Assembly (NCBI GenBank): GCA_951406725.2
Contig: OX597839.1
Span: 21,886,001 to 21,950,000 of the forward strand
DNA length: 64,000 nt
From: Octopus vulgaris
Lineage: Eukaryota
Direction: 5' to 3'
The notes below the pieces were generated by a model. The model made no database searches. It was not told the origin of the DNA and was given only the letters and a program-made list of their open reading frames with translations. Both the position numbers and the translations under genes were made by a program. This document shows positions 49,531 to 62,194 of the stretch, one piece after another. The number at the start of each line of letters is the position of its first letter. Within the stretch, counting starts at the first letter, position 1.

Positions 49531-50024
49531 GACAGACAGGTGAACAGACTCAGACATAGACAGACAGACGGACAGAAACCAGACAGGCAGAAATAGAGGA
49601 GAACAACCCATGTTTCTACTGAAGTCTCTGATTCACTTTAACTGAAGAAAAAAAAAAATGATTGAAGAGTCATGGCTGGGACAGCTTTGACCAAAGGTTT
49701 GTTGAGCTAGCAACTGGCCTGGGGCTAAACAACAACAGTGTCAGCATTTTGTTCATACGAATAACAGATCAAGTAACTTCTCCACCCTCATCTAGACCAG
49801 GTGGAACCCTCTTATATTCATAGATAAATTATCAAACAGTCATGTCAAAACACACTTGGCTTATTATATCAGCTCCTTCATGTTAGCAACCGGTTATTGT
49901 TATCTAAAAGGGTTCGTCCCAGAGTAGCTTCAACTCTCTCTTTCTTATTCTCTCTCCCTCTTACATTCTTTCTCCGCCTTTCATTCTCTCTGTCTCTCTC
50001 TATATATACAGAGAGAGAGACATT

Positions 50025-50047
50025 CATGTATGTATGTGTGTACTTGC

Positions 50048-50110
<63 letters not shown>

Positions 50111-50139
50111 CATATATATATATACATATATATATATAC

Positions 50140-50192
<53 letters not shown>

Positions 50193-50360
50193 GACACGCA
50201 CACAGACACAGACACACACACACGCAGACACGCACACACGCAGACACGCACACAGACACAGACACTCACACACGCAGACACGCACACAGACACAGACACA
50301 CACACACGCAGACACGCATACATACATACATACATACATACATACATTTATGTGTGTGTG
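50025..50360. repeat. Compound (TA)n/(CA)n microsatellite
   Basis: Seen directly. Similar tracts at 45670-45900, 51190-51660, 56425-56910 and 57041-57110. Confidence 0.95.
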
Positions 50361-50999
50361 TTTTCCAGCTATAATCAATTATATGCTGATCTCCACTAAA
50401 ATAATCACTGAAATTGCGCTTATATTAGATATCTATATATATAAAAGGTTGTTCGATATAAGAAGAGAAGTCATCAGTGAAAAAATCACGTAAAAATAAA
50501 ATAAAATGAAATGTTCGGACATTGCAGACAACTTTTAAAACTGGTCAGATGCGGATGTTCAATATGACAGCCGCTACATCTGACGAAGCGACGGCGGGTC
50601 ACGGAAGCAAGAGGTCAAAGGAGCCAACAAACGGTTCTCAAACTTCTAAAAATAGCAGCCATGTTTCTCTCAAATGGCACTCTATAGTCTTTTCAAAAGT
50701 AAGGACATAGTGTTTGAGAGGGTCATTGGTCAAGAATCTGTTGTGTCAGCGCTCATCTGTAGCTAAACATTAAGAAATAAATCAAGGCTGCATGATTTGC
50801 TAGAAATAGCAGCCAAAATTTCCTTCAAAATCACGCCCTTAAAAAGAATAGAATACATTGGATAATGTTGTCATAGACACGTTTGTCTGGAAAAAAAAAA
50901 GACGGAGGGGCCATCGGTGGAACACTTTTGAACAAACGTAGTTCTACTTGATCTGGATTGTCCTGGGGTTAAACAACAACCGTTCGTATAAGGTGAACC

Positions 51000-51170
51000 T
51001 TAGTAGTTTCTTCGACGTCTCCTTCCTTGAACGTTTCTGTTCGTCGAACGGTGAATTTTGATTGGTCGAGAGTAGACCGAAGCAGACGATCTCCAAAAAC
51101 AACTTCATCTTTTGGCGCGCCATTATCTCGAGCAGACGTTCCCTCTCTTAATCAATCACTTCGGTCATGG
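51000..51170 (+). promoter_or_regulatory. Candidate CpG-rich promoter with CCAAT and E2F-like sites
   Basis: ATTGG at 51061-51065, TTTTGGCGCGCCA at 51110-51122 and many CpGs. Downstream donor AAG|GTAAGT at 51694/51695. Confidence 0.4.
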
Positions 51171-51881
51171 CACACACAGATGTTCATATATATACTCATG
51201 TATATTATATATAATATATATATTTTTTTATACACACACATATAATATACAGTATATACATATTTATACACTTAAACACACACATACACATATATACATA
51301 CACCAATATTATATATATATATACATACATTCATACATATATATACATACATACATATATATATACATTCATACATACATATATATATATATACATACAT
51401 ACATTCATACATATATATACATACATATATACATTCATACATATACATACATACATATATATATATATAGTATACACACACATAATATATATTCTTGTTT
51501 TATTTATACACACACACATATATATATATAATATATACATATTTATATGAACACACGTATATACATACAAATATATACATAAATATATTATATATATCAT
51601 ATACATACATATACACAGATATAAATATATATATATATATACACATAAATATATGTAAACACTTGTGTGCATTTGTTTTAAAGTCCCAACGAAGGTAAGT
51701 AGGAAAAAAACCTGTTTTCAAAACCATCAGAATTTGTATTTTTAATTTTCAGTTTTCTGTTGTTTTTCTTCCTCAAACCTTTTCAGATCCAACCAGAGAA
51801 GGAATCCTTTTGTGTTCCTCATAGAAATACTCCAAAACTTCCTTCAAATCACATCTAATCGCAGAAAGAAAGAACAAAAAA

Positions 51882-54614
51882 TCCAGGAAAAGAAGAAGGA
51901 ACTACAGCCTTTGTTATTTCTTATTCAAAAAAAAAATTAAAAAGGGATGGTCATGGATGGAATGTCTTACAGGCACACGAGATCAGGTTTGGCCTGGGGC
52001 TAAACAACGAGTCAACAGTTGAGCTTCTATACGGTCGTCCTGCCTGTTAGAAATAACAGCTAAATCTCTTTGAAATCACATCCCAGTCTTAAAAATTGTA
52101 AGGACACATTGAACAATGTAGTCGTTCCTGATATGTTCGACTGGAGGGTCATGGGCCTGTCCAGGGCTGACCCATGGCTAAACAACACCATCGTCCAGGA
52201 AAAGAAGAAGGAACTACAGCCTTTGTTATTTCTTATTCAAAAAAAATTAAAAAGGGATGGTCATGGATGGAATGTCTTACAGGCACACTAGATCAGGTTT
52301 GGCCTGGGGCTAAACAACGAGTCAACAGTTGAGCTTCTATACGGTCGTCCTGCCTGTTAGAAATAACAGCTAAATCTCTTTGAAATCACATCCCAGTCTT
52401 AAAAATTGTAAGGACACATTGAACAATGTAGTCGTTCCTGATATGTTCGACTGGAGGGTCATGGGCCTGTCCAGGGCTGACCCATGGCTAAACAACACCA
52501 TCGTCCAGGAAAAGAAGGAGGGATGGTCATGGATGGAATGGCTTACAGGCACACTAGATCAGGTTTGGCCTGGGGCTAAACAACGAGTCAACAGTTGAGC
52601 TTCTATATGGTCGTCCTGTCTGTTAGAAATAACGGCTAAATCTCTTTGAAATCACATCCCAGTCTTAAAAATTGTAAGGACACATTGAACAATGTAGTCG
52701 TTCCTGATATGTTCGACTGGAGGGTCATAGGCCTGTCCAGGGCTGACCCATGGCTAAACAACACCATCGTCCAGGAAAAGAAGGGACTACAGCCTTTGTT
52801 ATTTCTTATTCAAAAAAAATTAAAAAGTGATGGTCACGGATGGAATGTGGTACAGGCACACTAGATCAGGTTTGGCCTGGGGCTAAACAACGGGTCAACA
52901 GTTGAGCTTCTATATGGTCGTCCTGCCTGTTAGAAATAACGGCTAAATCTCTTTGAAATCACATCCCAGTCTTAAAAATTGTAAGGACACATTGAACAAT
53001 GTAGTCGTTCCTGATATGTTCGACTGGAGGGTCATGGGCCTGTCCAGGGCTGACCCATGGCTAAACAACACCATCGTCCAGGAAAAGAAGGGACTACAGC
53101 CTTTGTTATTTCTTATTTAAAAAAAATTAAAAAGGGATGGTCATGGATGGAATGTCTTACAGGCACACTAGATCAGGTTTGGCCTGGGGCTAAACAACGA
53201 GTCAACAGTTGAGCTTCTATATGGTCGTCCTGCCTGTTAGAAATAACAGCTAAATCTCTTTGAAATCACATCCCAGTCTTAAAAATTGTAAGGACACATT
53301 GAACAATGTAGTCGTTCCTGATATGTTCGACTGGAGGGTCATAGGCCTGTCCAGGGCTGACCCATGGCTAAACAACACCATCGTCCAGGAAAAGAAGGGA
53401 CTACAGCCTTTGTTATTTCTTATTCAAAAAAAATTAAAAAGGGATGGTCACGGATGGAATGTGGTACAGGCACACTAGATCAGGTTTGGCCTGGGGCTAA
53501 ACAACGGGTCAACAGTTGAGCTTCTATATGGTCGTCCTGCCTGTTAGAAATAACGGCTAAATCTCTTTGAAATCACATCCCAGTCTTAAAAATTGTAAGG
53601 ACACATTGAACAATGTAGTCGTTCCTGATATGTTCGACTGGAGGGTCATGGGCCTGTCCAGGGCTGACCCATGGCTAAACAACACCATCGTCCAGGAAAA
53701 GAAGGGACTACAGCCTTTGTTATTTCTTATTTAAAAAAAATTAAAAAGGGATGGTCATGGATGGAATGTCTTACAGGCACACTAGATCAGGTTTGGCCTG
53801 GGGCTAAACAACGAGTCAACAGTTGAGCTTCTATATGGTCGTCCTGCCTGTTAGAAATAACAGCTAAATCTCTTTGAAATCACATCCCAGTCTTAAAAAT
53901 TGTAAGGACACATTGAACAATGTAGTCGTTCCTATGTTCGACTGGAGGGTCATAGGCCTGTCCAGGGCTGACCCATGGCTAAACAACACCATCGTCCAGG
54001 AAAAGAAGGGACTACAGCCTTTGTTATTTCTTATTTAAAAAAATTAAAAAGGGATGGTCATGGATGGAATGTCTTACAGGCACACTAGATCAGGTTTGGC
54101 CTGGGGCTAAACAACGAGTCAACAGTTGAGCTTCTTTATGGTCGTCCTGCCTGTTAGAAATAACAGCTAAATCTCTTTGAAATCACATCCCTGTCTTAAA
54201 AATTGTAAGGACACATTGAACAATGTAGTCGTTCCTGATATGTTCGACTGGAGGGTCATGGGCCTGTCCAGGGCTGACCCATGGCTAAACAACACCATCG
54301 TCCAGGAAAAGAAGAAGGAACTACAGCCTTTGTTATTTCTTATTCAAAAAAATTAAAAAGGGATGGTCATGGATGGAATGTCTTACAGGCACACTAGATC
54401 AGGTTTGGCCTGGGGCTAAACAACGAGTCAACAGTTGAGCTTCTATATGGTCGTCCTGCCTGTTAGAAATAACAGCTAAATCTCTTTGAAATCACATCCC
54501 AGTCTTAAAAATTGTAAGGACACATTGAACAATGTAGTCGTTCCTGATATGTTCGACTGGAGGGTCATAGGCCTGTCCAGGGCTGACCCATGGCTAAACA
54601 ACACCATCGTCCAG
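51882..54614. repeat. Tandem array, 9 x about 307 bp
   Basis: TCCAGG unit starts at 51882, 52194, 52504, 52770, 53077, 53384, 53691, 53995 and 54301, ending at 54610-54614. Third unit is 266 bp. A partial displaced copy lies at about 55026-55171. Confidence 0.95.
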
Positions 54615-55209
54615 TCGTTTATATATTTGTTTTATCGTGTTGACTGAAATATAAATATTGAACGGTAAACCGAAGAGCAAGGGTTCGAACTCACCAAGGG
54701 CAGAGCCTTTACTGCGTCACTCGACTTATTAGAAATAGCAGCCAAATATCACTCAAACCACAATCTACAATTGATTTAAAATCTGCTCGAAAGAACAGGA
54801 TGGTTACGGTTGGATTGTCTTACATTGTAAAACTGCTCAGTCAAGACTGAATAACATCTTGAGTACGAATTGAACAGGTGCCTAATGGTTAGTCGACATT
54901 CTGACCCCCTTAAAAGGTGAGGATGTCGTCCAAGATACATTTATACTTGAATCAGAGGAAGGATGATCACGGTTGGAATGTTGTGATTCTAAGGCTGTCC
55001 GTTCAGAGATGACCGTACCCTGAATAAAAAGGGATGGTCGTGGATGGAATGTCTTACAGGCACACTAGATCAGGTTTGGCCTGGGGCTAAACAACGAGTC
55101 AACAGTTGAGCTTCTATATGGTCGTCCTGCCTGTTAGAAATAACAGCTAAATCTCTTTGAAATCACATCCCAAGGTCTTCGTCAGAGTATTTCTCAAATA
55201 TGTTCCATT

Positions 55210-56281
55210 GGCAACCTTTCGTCTCTAGTAGACCTTTCCGTCGATTTCCGTAAAAAATTTTTTTTTTTTTTTTTACATATGGGCTTGCGGGAACTTTTGA
55301 AGTAATATACATACATATATACACATACACCGAGTAAAAAATTTCGGGGCATAGTTTCGGTTGTAGTAGCACAGATTTCCGTCGATTTCCGTAAAAAACT
55401 TTTATTTTTTTACATAAGTAATGAGAGCGAAAGAGACTAAGAGGAAGCGATTTTACGACGAGAAGGTTTCACTTTGAAGTCGGCCTGTGTGTGTTTGATG
55501 GGGTGTGGGAGACAGACAGTATGTTGTGTAAGTGAAGTGCTTCTGTTAGTGTGTGCGAAGAGACAGACATACATATACACATACACCGAGTACATACATA
55601 CATACATACACACACACACATACATAGATACATACACACACACACATACATACACACACACATACTTACACACACACACACACACATAGATACATACACA
55701 CACACACATACATGCAGACATACATATACACATACACCGAGTAAAAAATTACGATGAATCGGCCATACATACATACATACACACACACATACTTACACAC
55801 ACACACACATACATAGATACATGCATACATACATATACACATACACCGAGTAAAAAATCAGTTATCTCTCTCTTTCACACATTACTCTCTCTGTCTCTTC
55901 ACACACACTAACAGAAGCACTTCACTTACACAACATACTGTCTGTCTCCCACAACCCATCAAACACACACAGGCCGATTTCAAAGTGAAACCTTCTCGTC
56001 ATAAAATCGCTTCCTCTTAGTCTCTTTCGCTCTCATTACTTATGTAAAAAAATAAAAGTTTTTTACGGAAATCGACGGAAATCTGCGCTACGACATGCGA
56101 AACTTCGCCAATTTCGGCTATCTCTCTCTAACTTCAAAAGAACTTCCCTCGTCATACAATCGCTTTCTCTTAGTCTCTTTCGCTCTCATTACCTCAAAAG
56201 TTCCCGCAAGCCCATATGCAAAAAAAAATTAATTTTTTTACGGAAATCGACGGAAAGGTCTACTAGAGACGAAAGATTGCC
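55210..56281. mobile_element. MITE family M1 (outer element), 8-bp TSD
   Basis: GGCAACCTTTCGTCTCTAGTAGACC ... GAAAGATTGCC. TSD GTTCCATT (55202-55209, 56282-56289). Confidence 0.9.
55348..56109. mobile_element. Related MITE nested inside the M1 element, 8-bp TSD
   Basis: GGCATAGTTTCGG ... CGAAACTTCGCC with arms of about 220 bp. TSD AATTTCGG (55340-55347, 56110-56117). Confidence 0.85.
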
Positions 56282-57039
56282 GTTCCATTTATATTGCATG
56301 TGTGTGTGTGTGTATGTCATTTTTAGTTTCATTTCAAGATTTCTTGCCAATTGAGAAAGACTTGGTTTCGAACCTAGATCCAAGAATCCTTCATTGGAAC
56401 TTCAATATCAACAACAGGGTATTTTTGTATGTATGTATGTATGTATGTATGCATGCATGTATGTATGTGTGTATGTGTGTATGTATGTGTGTGTGTATGT
56501 ATGTATGTATGTGTGTATGTATGTGTGTGTATGTATGTGTGTATGTATGTGTGTGTGTATGTATGTATGTACGTATGTATGTATGTATGCATGTATGTGT
56601 GTGTGTATGTATGTATGTGTGTATGTATGTGCATGTATGTATGTATGTATGATGTGTGTATGTATGTATGTGTGTATGTAGGTTTGTATATATGTATAAA
56701 TGTACGTATATATGTATGAATGTACGTATATATGTATGTATGTGTGTGTGTATGTATGTATGTGTGTGTATGTGTGTATGTATGTATGTATGATACATAC
56801 ATAAATTGTATGCGTATGTATGTATATATGTATATACGTATGAATGTACGTATATATGTATGTGTGTATGTATATATATGAATATATTATGTGTGTGTGT
56901 GTGTGTGTGTGCCTGCTCGTGAATGGGTGTTTATGTAAGTGTGTATTTTCGTTTTGTCTTTGTAGATTTGTAGGTATGAGGAAAGCATCCTCAACTTAAA
57001 ATATGGCCCCAAAATTTTATCTGACAACACTGTGTTCCC

Positions 57040-57088
<49 letters not shown>

Positions 57089-57343
57089 TGTGTGTGTGTG
57101 TGTGTGTGTACATCATGCTTGAAAAAAAAAATAGACAGATTAGAACATTGTTGAGCTGAAACCTCCCTTAGTAAACCGCATTAAAACGTGGCCTCCACCT
57201 CAGTATCTGTTGAAATATCATCAGACAAACTGTAAATTGATGAGAAATTATCTGAATGTTTCGTGGAGGAACATTCTGATGAACCTGTTTTTTTTTTCTT
57301 TCATATTTTGTGTATGTCTCTTTTACATTGTGTTTATATGTAA

Positions 57344-57742
57344 CTAGCAGTATCGCCCGGCGTTGCTCGGGTTTGTAAGGGAAATAACTATATAAGCATT
57401 TTTAGAGTTATAGCCAAAAAGTTGCAAAAAATGCATTAAAAATGGAAAAAAAAAGATGGTAAATTTTTTAAAAAATTGTTGACTCATCGTAGACATCTTT
57501 AGAGAATTACTTCCCTTATATAATAGCGAAAAAATGCATTAAAATGGAAAAAAATGATGGTAAATTACTTTTAAAATCGTAGACTCATCGTAGGCGCGCG
57601 CTAATACCCAGAAGGGCTCGATATGAATCACGACTATAAGATACCTGGTTTTGGTTAAACTGCACCGCAAAATGTGGGAGTAGTTAGGAATCTAAATCGT
57701 AGGAGACAGACACTCACACAACTTCACTTTTATATATAAAGA
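57344..57742 (-). mobile_element. Non-autonomous Helitron
   Basis: Minus strand A|TCTTTATATATAAAAG ... CCCGAGCAACGCCGGG-CGATACTG-CTAG|T. Confidence 0.8.
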
Positions 57743-57798
57743 TGTAATATCATTGATATTTAGCAAAAAATGATAACCGATTTGCCACTGTGTAAATG

Positions 57799-58170
57799 GG
57801 GTATTATTTGATCCTTTCACCTGCACGATTTTCACTAAGAAAAAAACCCCAAAAAACTTGGATTTTTTTGCGTGGGATCAAGTACTCTGACTTCCTAATA
57901 TGCTGCAAACCCCTTATTTTTCTTCTGAAAAAAGTGGGGTTGCAGCATATTGGGAGGTCAGGGTCACTAAGAAAAAAAAACAAACTTGGATTTTTTTGCA
58001 TAGGATCAAGTACTCTGACTTCCTAATATGCTGCAAACCCCTTATTTTTCTTCTGAAAAAAGTGGGGTTGCAGCATATTGGGAGGTCAGGGTACTTGATT
58101 CCACGTAAAAAAATTCGAGTTTTTTTTTCTTAGTGAAAATCGTGCGGGTGAAAGGAATCGAAATTCACCC
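57799..58170. mobile_element. Foldback MITE with internal tandem duplication of its central hairpin
   Basis: GGGT...CCTTTCACCTGCACGATTTTCACTAAGAAAA ... TTTTCTTAGTGAAAATCGTGCGGGTGAAAGG...ACCC. A hairpin unit of about 130 bp occurs twice. No TSD found. Confidence 0.7.
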
Positions 58171-59024
58171 AGGGTCCAGTGCATTGAATTGCTTAGGGGC
58201 CAGGAATGTTGTTAAAACGACCATAACTAGATATATGAAGGTAGTCTGCTCTGAAACAAAGCTTGATCAATTCAGGCGCAAATATGGTGTGAGCTCCTCA
58301 AATAACAGATATGGCTTTTGAGTCCGGAGACCCTTAAAAAGATTTTCCACAAATATTGATTTCAAATTTTGGCACAAGGTCAATTACATCGACCTCGACT
58401 GTTACTTATTTACATCGAAACTCGACTGTTACTTATTTTACTGACCCTGGAAGGGTGAAAAGCAAAGTCAGCCTCAGCGAATTTTGAACTCAGAATGTGA
58501 AGACGGACGAAATGCAAACGTGTCTCAGTTCTGAATCTGTTATTTCGTTGTGCCTTATGTCCATGATTACATCTCTGTTTTGACCCCTAGAGAATTTACA
58601 CAGCTTTTGACAAAAATAGTATTGAAGAGCATTTTTTTTGCCCAAAATGATGGCATTGACGGTTAATGTTGTTCGGTGACAAACTAAAAAGGTATGTGTG
58701 TGTGTGTGTGTGTGTGTGGGAGCAACTACTTGGTAGAGAGAGCAACCAAATCTCACTCATATCACGGCCTACTGTCTCCTTAAAAAGGCAGAGAATATGC
58801 ACCGTATTTATGCATGGTCCGGTCTGGCCCATGGCTCAGGGTCCACACAAGGTCTAAATCCGGCCCTGTTTATACACGGACCATCTGTTCAAGTAAAGTT
58901 AACATGAGACCACCAAACAACAACGACTGTCTTAGTCACGCTTCTTCTATTCCGAATTCAAATTAGTCTGTTGTTTTCTTCAACTGGTATCTTTCAACGA
59001 ATCGAGTCCATCATTTCAGTTTTT

Positions 59025-59390
59025 GGCAATCTTTCGTCTCTAGTAGACCTTTCCGTCGATTTCCGTAAAAAATTTTTTTTTACATATGGGCTTGCGGGAA
59101 CTTTTGAAGTAATGAGAGCGAAAGAGACTAAGAGAAAGCGATTGTATGATGAGGGAAGTTCTTTTGAAGTTACCGTGCATGTGTGTGTGTGTGTGTGTTT
59201 GATGGGGTGTGGGAGACAGACAGTATGTTGTGTAAGTGAAGTGCTTCTGTTAGTGTGTATGAAGAGACAGAGAGAGTAATGTGTCTCTTTCGCTCCTATT
59301 ACTTCAAAAGTTCCCGCAAGCCCATATGTAAAAAAATAAAAATTTTTTACGGAAATCGACGGAAAGGTCTACTAGAGACGAAAGATCGCC
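59025..59390. mobile_element. MITE family M1, 8-bp TSD
   Basis: GGCAATCTTTCG ... CGAAAGATCGCC. TSD CAGTTTTT (59017-59024, 59391-59398). Confidence 0.9.
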
Positions 59391-59571
59391 CAGTTTTTAG
59401 TTAAAGCCGTCTTTTATTATATAAATAAATAAATAATTGCAGCTAAACCTTAAGATTAACCCCTTCTCGCTGTACATGTTATTAATAATAATACTGTAAT
59501 AATATCACCAAGATACATTTTACTCATTCGAATGACAAGGAAATTTTTTTTTATATATAAGGAACAGATTT

Positions 59572-59973
59572 GGATCTTTTCGGTTTGAACGGCGGTTTTT
59601 TCTAGCGGTGTCATATGAAATTATCACCCATAATTATGACCCTAGTATCGATCTATTGCATTTCAATCTGTTTTAGGGTTATGGGTGGGGGAAGGGTATC
59701 TTTTTTTCTTTACAAATGTAAATAAACCCAATTTGTTTCTTAAGCTAGGGACATATTCAGAATGTTTTTTTTTACCTCAATAGACGTTATTGATTGGTTG
59801 AAATTGCAGAAATTGAAGAAAAAACAACAAATATCTTACAAACTATAGAATTTTCTCAATAAAGCCAAGAGAAAAAGATGTTTTATAAACACATTCTACC
59901 AGTATACGAAGTTTAAAACTTTTTAGTTACCTAGAAATTATGTTAAAAACTGCCGTTCAAACCGAAAAGATCC
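59572..59973. mobile_element. MITE family M2, 8-bp TSD
   Basis: GGATCTTTTCGGTTTGAACGGC ... GCCGTTCAAACCGAAAAGATCC. TSD ACAGATTT (59564-59571, 59974-59981). Confidence 0.9.
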
Positions 59974-60454
59974 ACAGATTTAATAATTATTGTACAAAAC
60001 TAATTTATTAGAAAATAAAGACAGTTTTTGGTTAAACAACTTTTTACTGTATCTTCGTCCATTGTTTAGATGTGTATTGTGAAGTTTGAGGGTAATTTGG
60101 CTGTTGTTTCTAATATTTCTTAGTCGAACGACTGTAACTAATTAAAGTATTGACGCACAGTTTATAGTTTTCTGCGGATCATCTGAGTACAGCAACATTT
60201 ATACTGAAAGACTTATGAAAGAAGCCTCTCAGAAACGGTTGACATAAAAAAATAAGGGGTTTTGTGGCTGTTTGTGGTGTTTAACGGTCAATCAACCAAT
60301 GTTTTTTTTTTTCTTTTTTAAACAAGGACGAAAACCGTTATGGATTCAAATAAGAAAACAATCTCAGATGGTAGGACGTGGGTAGCTAAAGAGTGGGGGA
60401 GAGTTATGTGACGTAGATACATAAAAAGATAGAAAGGTGGAGATAGATAGGTAA

Positions 60455-60485
<31 letters not shown>

Positions 60486-61632
60486 GAGGAGAGGAGGGGA
60501 GAGTAAGAATTAAAATGAAGGGAAAGAGAAAGTAGAATAAGAATAAAGATGTAACGGGAGTGTAAAATAAAAGGAGAAAATGAGAGAAAGACAGAGACGG
60601 GGTTTACGGGGCAAGGAAACGAAATGAATTTTACCTGTTTCAGTATTTGAGCTGCGGCCATGCTGGGGTACTGCCTTGAAAGGTATTAGTTGACCAAATC
60701 GACCCGTGGATTTACGTTTATTTTTATTTTATTTTTTGTTTTTTTTGTTTTGAAGTCTCTTTCTTTCTCTTTTACTTGTTTCAGTCATTTGACTGCGGCC
60801 ATGCTGGAGCACCGCCTTTAATCGAGCAACTCGACCCCGGGACTTATTCTTTGTAAGCCCAGTACTTATTCTATCGGTCTCTTTTTTTGCCGAACCGCTA
60901 AGTGACGGGGACGTAAACACACCAGCATCGGTTGTCAAGCGATGCTAGGGGGACAAACACAGACACACAAACACACACATATATATATATATATATACAT
61001 ATATACGACAGGCTTCTTTCAGTTTCTGTCTAACAAATCCACTCACAAGGCATTGGTCGGCCTGGGGCTATAGCAGAAGACACTTGCCCAAGATGCCACG
61101 CAGTGGGACTGAACCCGGAACTATGTGGTTGGTTAGCAAGCTACTTACCACACAGCCACTCCTGCGCCTAATAAGTCTGGTACTTATTCTATTGCCAAAC
61201 GGATAATTCACAGGGATACAAAGAAACCAACACCGGTTGACAAACAGTAGAGGGGGAGCACATACATAAAGACATCTGCAACCCACAAAACTTTATAGAT
61301 CTGTGTCAAACTGTTATTAAATATACGTAATTCCTGCTGAACATGCTCAGTGCCACTTTCTTTCGATTACCCAAAAACTTTTGTGTGTGTGTGTATTCTT
61401 TTATTCGTTTATGTATGTATGTGTGTGTTTGTGTGTGTGTGTAAAGTCCGTTTTCCGTGCCGGCATGAGTTGGATGGTTTGACAGAAGCTGAAAGCTGCA
61501 TCAGGGTCCAATTATCTGTTTTGCCATAGTTTCTATGGCTGGATGCCCTTCCTAATGCCAAACCTTTACAGAATGTACTGGGTACTTTTTACATGGTGCC
61601 AGCATGGATGGTTTTTATGTGGTGTCAACCTC

Positions 61633-61696
<64 letters not shown>

Positions 61697-62068
61697 TTTT
61701 ACTTTTTTACTTGTTTCAGTCATTTGACTGCGGCGATGCTGGAGCACTGCCTTTAGTCGAACAAATCGACCCCAGGACTTATTCTTTGTAAGCCTAGTAC
61801 TCATTCTATTGGTCCCTTTTGCTGAACTGCTAAGTTATGGGGACGTAAACACACCAACATCGGTTATCAAGCGATGTTGGGGGAACATAGAAACACACAC
61901 ACGCACACATACATACACACGCACATACACATACATACACAGTGGGCTTCTTTCAATTTCTGTCTGCCAAATCCACAAGGCTTGGTTGGCCTAAGGTGCC
62001 ACACAGTGGGCCTGAACCCGGAACCATGTGATTTGTAAACAAGCTACTGACCACACAGCCACGCCTGC

Positions 62069-62188
62069 GCCTAAGGCCATGTAGGTTTCCTAAGCAGTCA
62101 CCCATCTAAGTACTCACTAGGGGTCGATGTTGCTTAACTTCAGTGATTGAATGAGAACTTGTGCTTTCAACATAATATGGCTGAAGGC
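62069..62188 (-). pseudogene. Full-length (120 nt) 5S rRNA pseudogene
   Basis: Minus strand GCCTTCAGCCATATTATGTTGAAAGCACAAGTTCTCATTCAATCACTGAAGTTAAGCAACATCG...AGTACTTAGATGGGTGACTGCTTAGGAAACC...TAGGC. Box A and box C are recognisable, with many CpG-type transitions. Confidence 0.85.
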
Positions 62189-62194
62189 TGTATA

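Noticed and set aside
52070-53478. Repeated 72-73 aa ORFs MKSHPSLKNCK...
   Set aside because: TTG starts, stops and frameshifts in other monomers, and no recognisable domain; by-products of the array.
44749-56802. Many YI/HT/CV-rich ORFs
   Set aside because: Translations of (TA)n, (CA)n and (GATA)n microsatellites.
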